This document shows positions 59,156-64,000 of a stretch of 64,000 nt of DNA, piece by piece. The DNA comes from Oopsacas minuta. Lineage: Eukaryota > Animalia > Porifera. A program made the position numbers and the translations under genes. The notes under the pieces were generated by a model. That model made no database searches, had not been told where the DNA came from, and saw nothing but the letters and a program-made list of their open reading frames with translations. Numbering within the stretch: position 1 is the stretch's first letter; each line of letters begins with the position of its first letter. Location of the stretch: the NCBI GenBank assembly GCA_024704765.1, contig JAKMXF010000177.1, positions 496,001-560,000 on the forward strand. The letters are read 5' to 3'.

Positions 59156-61340
59156 ATTACAGTGTGCTTGCTAAGTGTTAATAACTTGTTATAATTATAT
59201 GTTATTATTGTTGTTTACTTGTAAACTGATTATGCATACGTATTTCCCTGACTAAGCTCCCGGTCTCTTTCCGTGGACCTTTTTCGTATGAATATTTTAC
59301 TATTTTTGGAATTATAAAGATTTGGAGAAATTAGTACTCTAATTGGTTAAATAGTCCAATGAAGCGTAAATTTCACCAAAAAGCTCTTCTAGAGGGTAGT
59401 GATGGATATTTATTCACAAGTCTCGGAGCATTTTTCTATCTCGGCGCTTATTTAGGGAAATATGGAATTATTACTAATTAGATGACTCAAATATTTAGTG
59501 GCTATATCTAATTTCATTGAGTATTTTAAGGAAGAGTCCAATATCAGCTTTTCAATTCATCTATTAACGAATTTCTTACACCTATTTTCGGTAATTAATC
59601 ATAACTTTACAATTTCTATGCAAAATTCACAAACATGTTAGAGATTGAGTTTCTGGTAAAGCTTTTAAATTATTAAGGCGAACCAAAGCAATTATTTTGG
59701 TAACAGGTATATTATGTAATTTCGAACACTGTATCAAAGTTGAAGATGGGAGTGAGAAATTTCTACAGCTTAGTAAGACATTTGTCCACAGAGGTTATTT
59801 GTACAGTTTGGATGTTGTTTTAGGCCTTTCGGGGACTCTTCGCTTTGTTGGAGTGGGAATTTACCCTGAATTAGTAGTGGCTATACCTGCTTATATGTTG
59901 TGCTACGTCATTCTATAATACATACTCTGGGTTAACTAACTCAGATCGCTTAATTATATTACAAATATGAAGAGATAATTATACAGCAATTTATGTAGAA
60001 ATTTTTAGAATCATAGTTAGGATAGTGTTCTTGACCTTTCATAGCCTCTTCCTCCCTATATGACCCCTCAGTTGCCATTCCTCCCATCCAAAATCATTTT
60101 AGATAATTTGTAGTAAATTTGTCGGGTAAGACTTAGTAAGTAACAAGTGCTTATTAGTGCGAAACTTATGCTTGCATATATTTGATAAGATCATAAAGAG
60201 CTCAATAATGTTTACTTTTATATTCGATAGCGAAAAGTAGAAATTGGCAAAATATATTCCTCCCCAATATAAACGTATGAATTCCTCCCTGTTAAGAACC
60301 ACTAGTTAAGACAAATTCCGAACTCATCATTTACTGTAGGGACAAATTCCAAAAGTAGTTATAACAATGAGTTATGACAAATTCCTATTTCCTCTACAAT
60401 ATTACTTAGAAATTATTATAGGAAATATATTTCGTATACCGTTAGTGTTAGAAATTACATTACATATGTACTTGTTAGAATAATAGCTTTATTCACACGT
60501 GGATTTAGTAATTTTCCTCTGGATCATAGGTCAAATCCCGGATAATCCAGAGATCCCTGAGTGGTTGGCAAGTATGTATATTCATTATTCTCAAGTTCGA
60601 ATGACAAGCAAATAATATTGAATGTCATCCGTCCACCATCCTAATGATGAGAGTTCTCGTGTTATTTACTGAATCGAAACCAGAACAATTTTTTAATGTT
60701 ACCATAATTCTTACATTCCGTAAGTCTAGTCTGTTTTTGAGATAAATAGTTACTAATTTCATAGGAATATTGAGAAAATTACCACTTGTGTATGAATTTC
60801 AATATCACACCGAATATCCCCGAATTGTTATCATCGTAACAACTCGCCAGTGGCCAGCTTTAAGCTAGAATATCTCTACATTCCACCAAAATCCGGTTAA
60901 TTTGAAGGTCAGTTTTTGAAATAATTCAACAGAAAATGGCCAAATGTATAAACGAATTACTGTATTTCCCCGAATAAGCGCCGGTCTATTATAAGTGCCC
61001 GTTTCAATAAACGTTAGGGATTGAAATTCATTGATCAGTAAAGGTATACGTACATGTTATATCACAAGTTTGAATGAATGAACAATGTTTACATTGTGAT
61101 TCTATCGATTAAAAAACTGAAAGTAGGCGTAATAAACCTGTTAGTGTGATCTGATCACGCGATGTGAAAAACATTCTAATTAGTATATAGCTCGATTAAT
61201 AGAGGTTGGATTACAAATTGTATTGTATTGAGTTTATATGTTTGATTTTTCAAATCGGATAAATAGTAATTTGTGTACAGGTACTAGCTATTATTAGTTA
61301 CACAATACTGTCTTCCCTTTCATATTAGCAATAGTAAATA

Positions 61341-61423
61341 CCGTATTTCCCCGAATAAGCGCTGGGGGCTTGAATTACCGCCGGTTTGAATAAGCGCCGG
61401 GGCGCTTATTCGGAGAAATATGG
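61341..61423. mobile_element. 83-bp Tc2/pogo-type MITE
   Basis: ta|ccgtatttccccgaataagcgc ... gcgcttattcggagaaatatgg|ta: 22-bp TIR (20/22) with TA TSD. A partial sibling is at ~60960-61000. Confidence 0.75.
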
Positions 61424-61764
61424 TAGTAACATTATTCAATCCTAACGAGCAGTAGTTAAGAGCATCCTATGCCACCCCCTCCTAGCTACGCCACTGGCTA
61501 TGATAATACCTAATTATCATTATCTTAATTATCATTATCTTAATTATCATTAGGATAATTTAAATTATATAATTTTCATCAAATATTGCAAAGAAGTGTA
61601 GAATGCTTAGTCATCAAAACAAAAGGAAACTTCGTTCGTTATGGTTTCGAATATTCCTTATCAGTCCTAGAATCAACTGACAAATACAAGCTGAAATATA
61701 TATTTGGCTACCTACGACTGAGTTATAGAGTCCTATTTCGGCTTTGAGAATTTAGTATTTGGTT

Positions 61765-63776
61765 CTTAAGTATGTTTATTTGGTACTTACTTATGAATTC
61801 TTGTTTGGTTATCAAAGTTTATTGAAAGTCAATACCCCATCAGTATGGCATAGTTATTGCCCTAACAACACATTTTGTTGTTTACCAAACTATATATTCG
61901 CCTGATCATTTTAGTACTAAAATGATTTATCATTCGTTATTAACAATTTCCCACAAAGCTATAGCTATATACTTAGTATCTAAGTTGTATAATACGTATT
62001 AAACGTATAAAACGTTACACGTGATTAATCTCAAAATAAGAGATTTTAGACTTGTTTATATCACATTATTATCAAGTATTATATAATTTGGCCAACTATG
62101 CTGAGATTTCCCATTGATATTTCGAGAACTTCTGTTATCATGCAAATATTTAGTGCAGAAATCAGACCAATAGAAGTTACGTCACCAAAAATTGTAGATT
62201 CAACGTAAAATACTTAAGATACAATACATTTTATATGTAATACATCTTCATTAAAAGACGAATTAACTAGTATAAATTGCTGAATGTAGTACTGTAACTT
62301 CTCTCAAAATACATTCAAAAGGAAAGAAGAGAAAGATAGACAGCGAAACAGAAACTTTATCAATAGAATCAATTAAACTCAATGAGCCCCAAGAAAAGAT
62401 CATGATTTCCGAGGAGCTGTGTCTTTTACCTGAGCCAGGTTTTGAATGTTTTGAATGTAAAATATTTGGAACCACGTAAACGACTGTAAAGGCTATCAAA
62501 ATATGTAAATATAGCTAGAATTCTATAAATAATATTATAATCCAGATTATTGGTAATATATTGTAATATCAATACTCACAATACTACGTTTACATTCCAA
62601 ACCTGGTTCAGGGAAAAACACAACACCTCCTCGGACATCGTGATCTTTTCTTGAGGCTCATTGAGTGTAATTGATTCTATTGATAAAGTTGCTATTTCGC
62701 TGTCTATCTTTCTCTTCTTTCCTTTTGAATGTATTTTGAGAGATGTTACTTTCAGCCATATATACTAAGTATATAGCTATGGCTATGTGGCAAATTGTAA
62801 ATACCGAATGATAAATCATTTTAGTACTAAAAAATCAAGCAAATATATAGTTTGGTAAAGAACAAAATGCGTTGTTCCGTTATTGATGGAACTGGATCAA
62901 TGGCCAATGATATTGATAGGGCCAGAATCTCGGTCAGACTATAAATTAGTAGCACAAAAAGGTGATAAATCTGTGTTTGCGATAGTGATTTATCGTGATC
63001 ATTGTGATGGTGATGATCTAATAGAGATGTTCCCAGTCGATTCCAGATTTACAATAAACCACCAGAGTGTACAAAATTTTCTTGAAGGCGTAAAGATATT
63101 TGGTGGAGGAGATGGTCCAGAGGCAGTGTTGGATGGACTAGCTATAGCAATCAACAAATTTACCCACTCAGATAACATATGACTCAGAAATATGATCATT
63201 CACATCTTCGACTCTCCCCCACATGGGGATTTCCCCAATTATAAATCACACAGCGCTGGTAGTGATAAACAAAACTGTTGTTGCTGTAACAAAGGTGGAT
63301 TGTGTGAATTTGAATGGGAAAGCGATGTCTGGGATACTATGCGAGAGTTGAAGATTGAATATAATGGGATAAATACAGGAATAATTAATTACTTGCGATG
63401 ATTACAGAGGATCTACTGAAGTTAAGATACCAGGTAAATATGAAATGGAGTGTTTTCAAAGAGCAAACTGGGAATGAATAGGATTGGAATAAAGTTTAAT
63501 CAGATTGAAGACTACAGAATCCTACAAGAAAATAACCGTGAAAAAATGATGAGGATTTGGAGCAAATTTTGGAGAGGAATATTAAATTATCATGCAAAAA
63601 CGGCAACCGAAATTACCCACATTCCCTATATCTTTTTAGAAAGTATTGAAATAGTTGGAATATTCTATTTTCGTATTTGTTAGGGTAATAGCTATGCCAT
63701 ATTGATGCAGTATTGACTTTCAATAAACCTTTATAACCAAACAAGCATTCATAAGTAAATACCAATTAAGCGCTTA
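61765..63776. repeat. Imperfect inverted duplication (left arm ~61765-62460, right arm ~62590-63776)
   Basis: 62290-62457 is the approximate reverse complement of 62590-62755. Likewise 61862-61980 pairs with 62760-62876, and 61765-61868 pairs with 63677-63776. Confidence 0.8.
62867..63401 (+). pseudogene. Frameshifted von Willebrand factor A (vWA) domain gene (VwkA/alpha-kinase-associated type)
   Basis: MRCSVIDGTGSMANDID (MIDAS DxTxS) then a stop, followed by other frames carrying VIYRDH, FLEGVKIFGGGDGPEAVLDGL and IIHIFDSPPHG. These are typical of DxTGSM/YRDH/GGGDxPE vWA domains, interrupted by two frameshift/stop breaks. Confidence 0.7.
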
Positions 63777-64000
63777 AAGTGCATTTAATTATTTGATGCA
63801 AATAATACAACCCGGAATCTTAAAAGTGGAGGAAGTAGAGGGTACACAATTTATTTAGTTTAGACCACTAATGTATGTTCGAAAATTCGGACAAATCCCA
63901 AATATTGCCCGTACTTTTATGCCCAAGTGTTTTGCAATACTATCTTTAGTGAATTACAAGGATGGGTTCGGTTAGCCGGTTAAGCGCGCTCTATCCAGTT

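Overview
Eukaryotic, AT-rich animal genomic DNA with GT-AG introns, RNF213, a collagen triple-helix segment, a Frizzled/Smoothened-type 7TM and an SLC47 transporter. The compact, intron-poor layout would fit a sponge, possibly a glass sponge, but that is inference only. Genes in order: coiled-coil+NHL gene 1 (spliced, minus), an F-box/LRR gene, POC1, HYI, secreted S10-carboxypeptidase-derived gene A (minus), coiled-coil+NHL gene 2, and S10-derived gene B (plus). Next is a 28-kb RNF213-like gene (24396-52576). I reconstructed it by hand into 23 phase-consistent exons (~5,625 aa), with a MATE gene nested on the same strand in intron 2. After it come coiled-coil+NHL gene 3, a CRD-less Frizzled/Smoothened-like receptor and a vWA pseudogene inside an inverted duplication. 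Intergenic and intronic DNA carries Gypsy and MULE remnants, Helitron-like elements, hAT MITEs and Tc1/mariner-type MITEs. The best candidate for an undescribed system is the divergent pair of secreted, catalytically dead S10 scaffolds. Their flanking blocks are near-identical, but at the same loop they carry different cargo (His-rich + (PTTTT)11 versus His-rich + collagen), bracketed by RxxR sites. This may be a modular matrix or biomineral precursor family. Second is an RNF213 that appears to lack the RING domain, keeps an intact RZ finger and has a 59-copy 9-aa N-terminal repeat. All calls come from manual reading; no searches were run.
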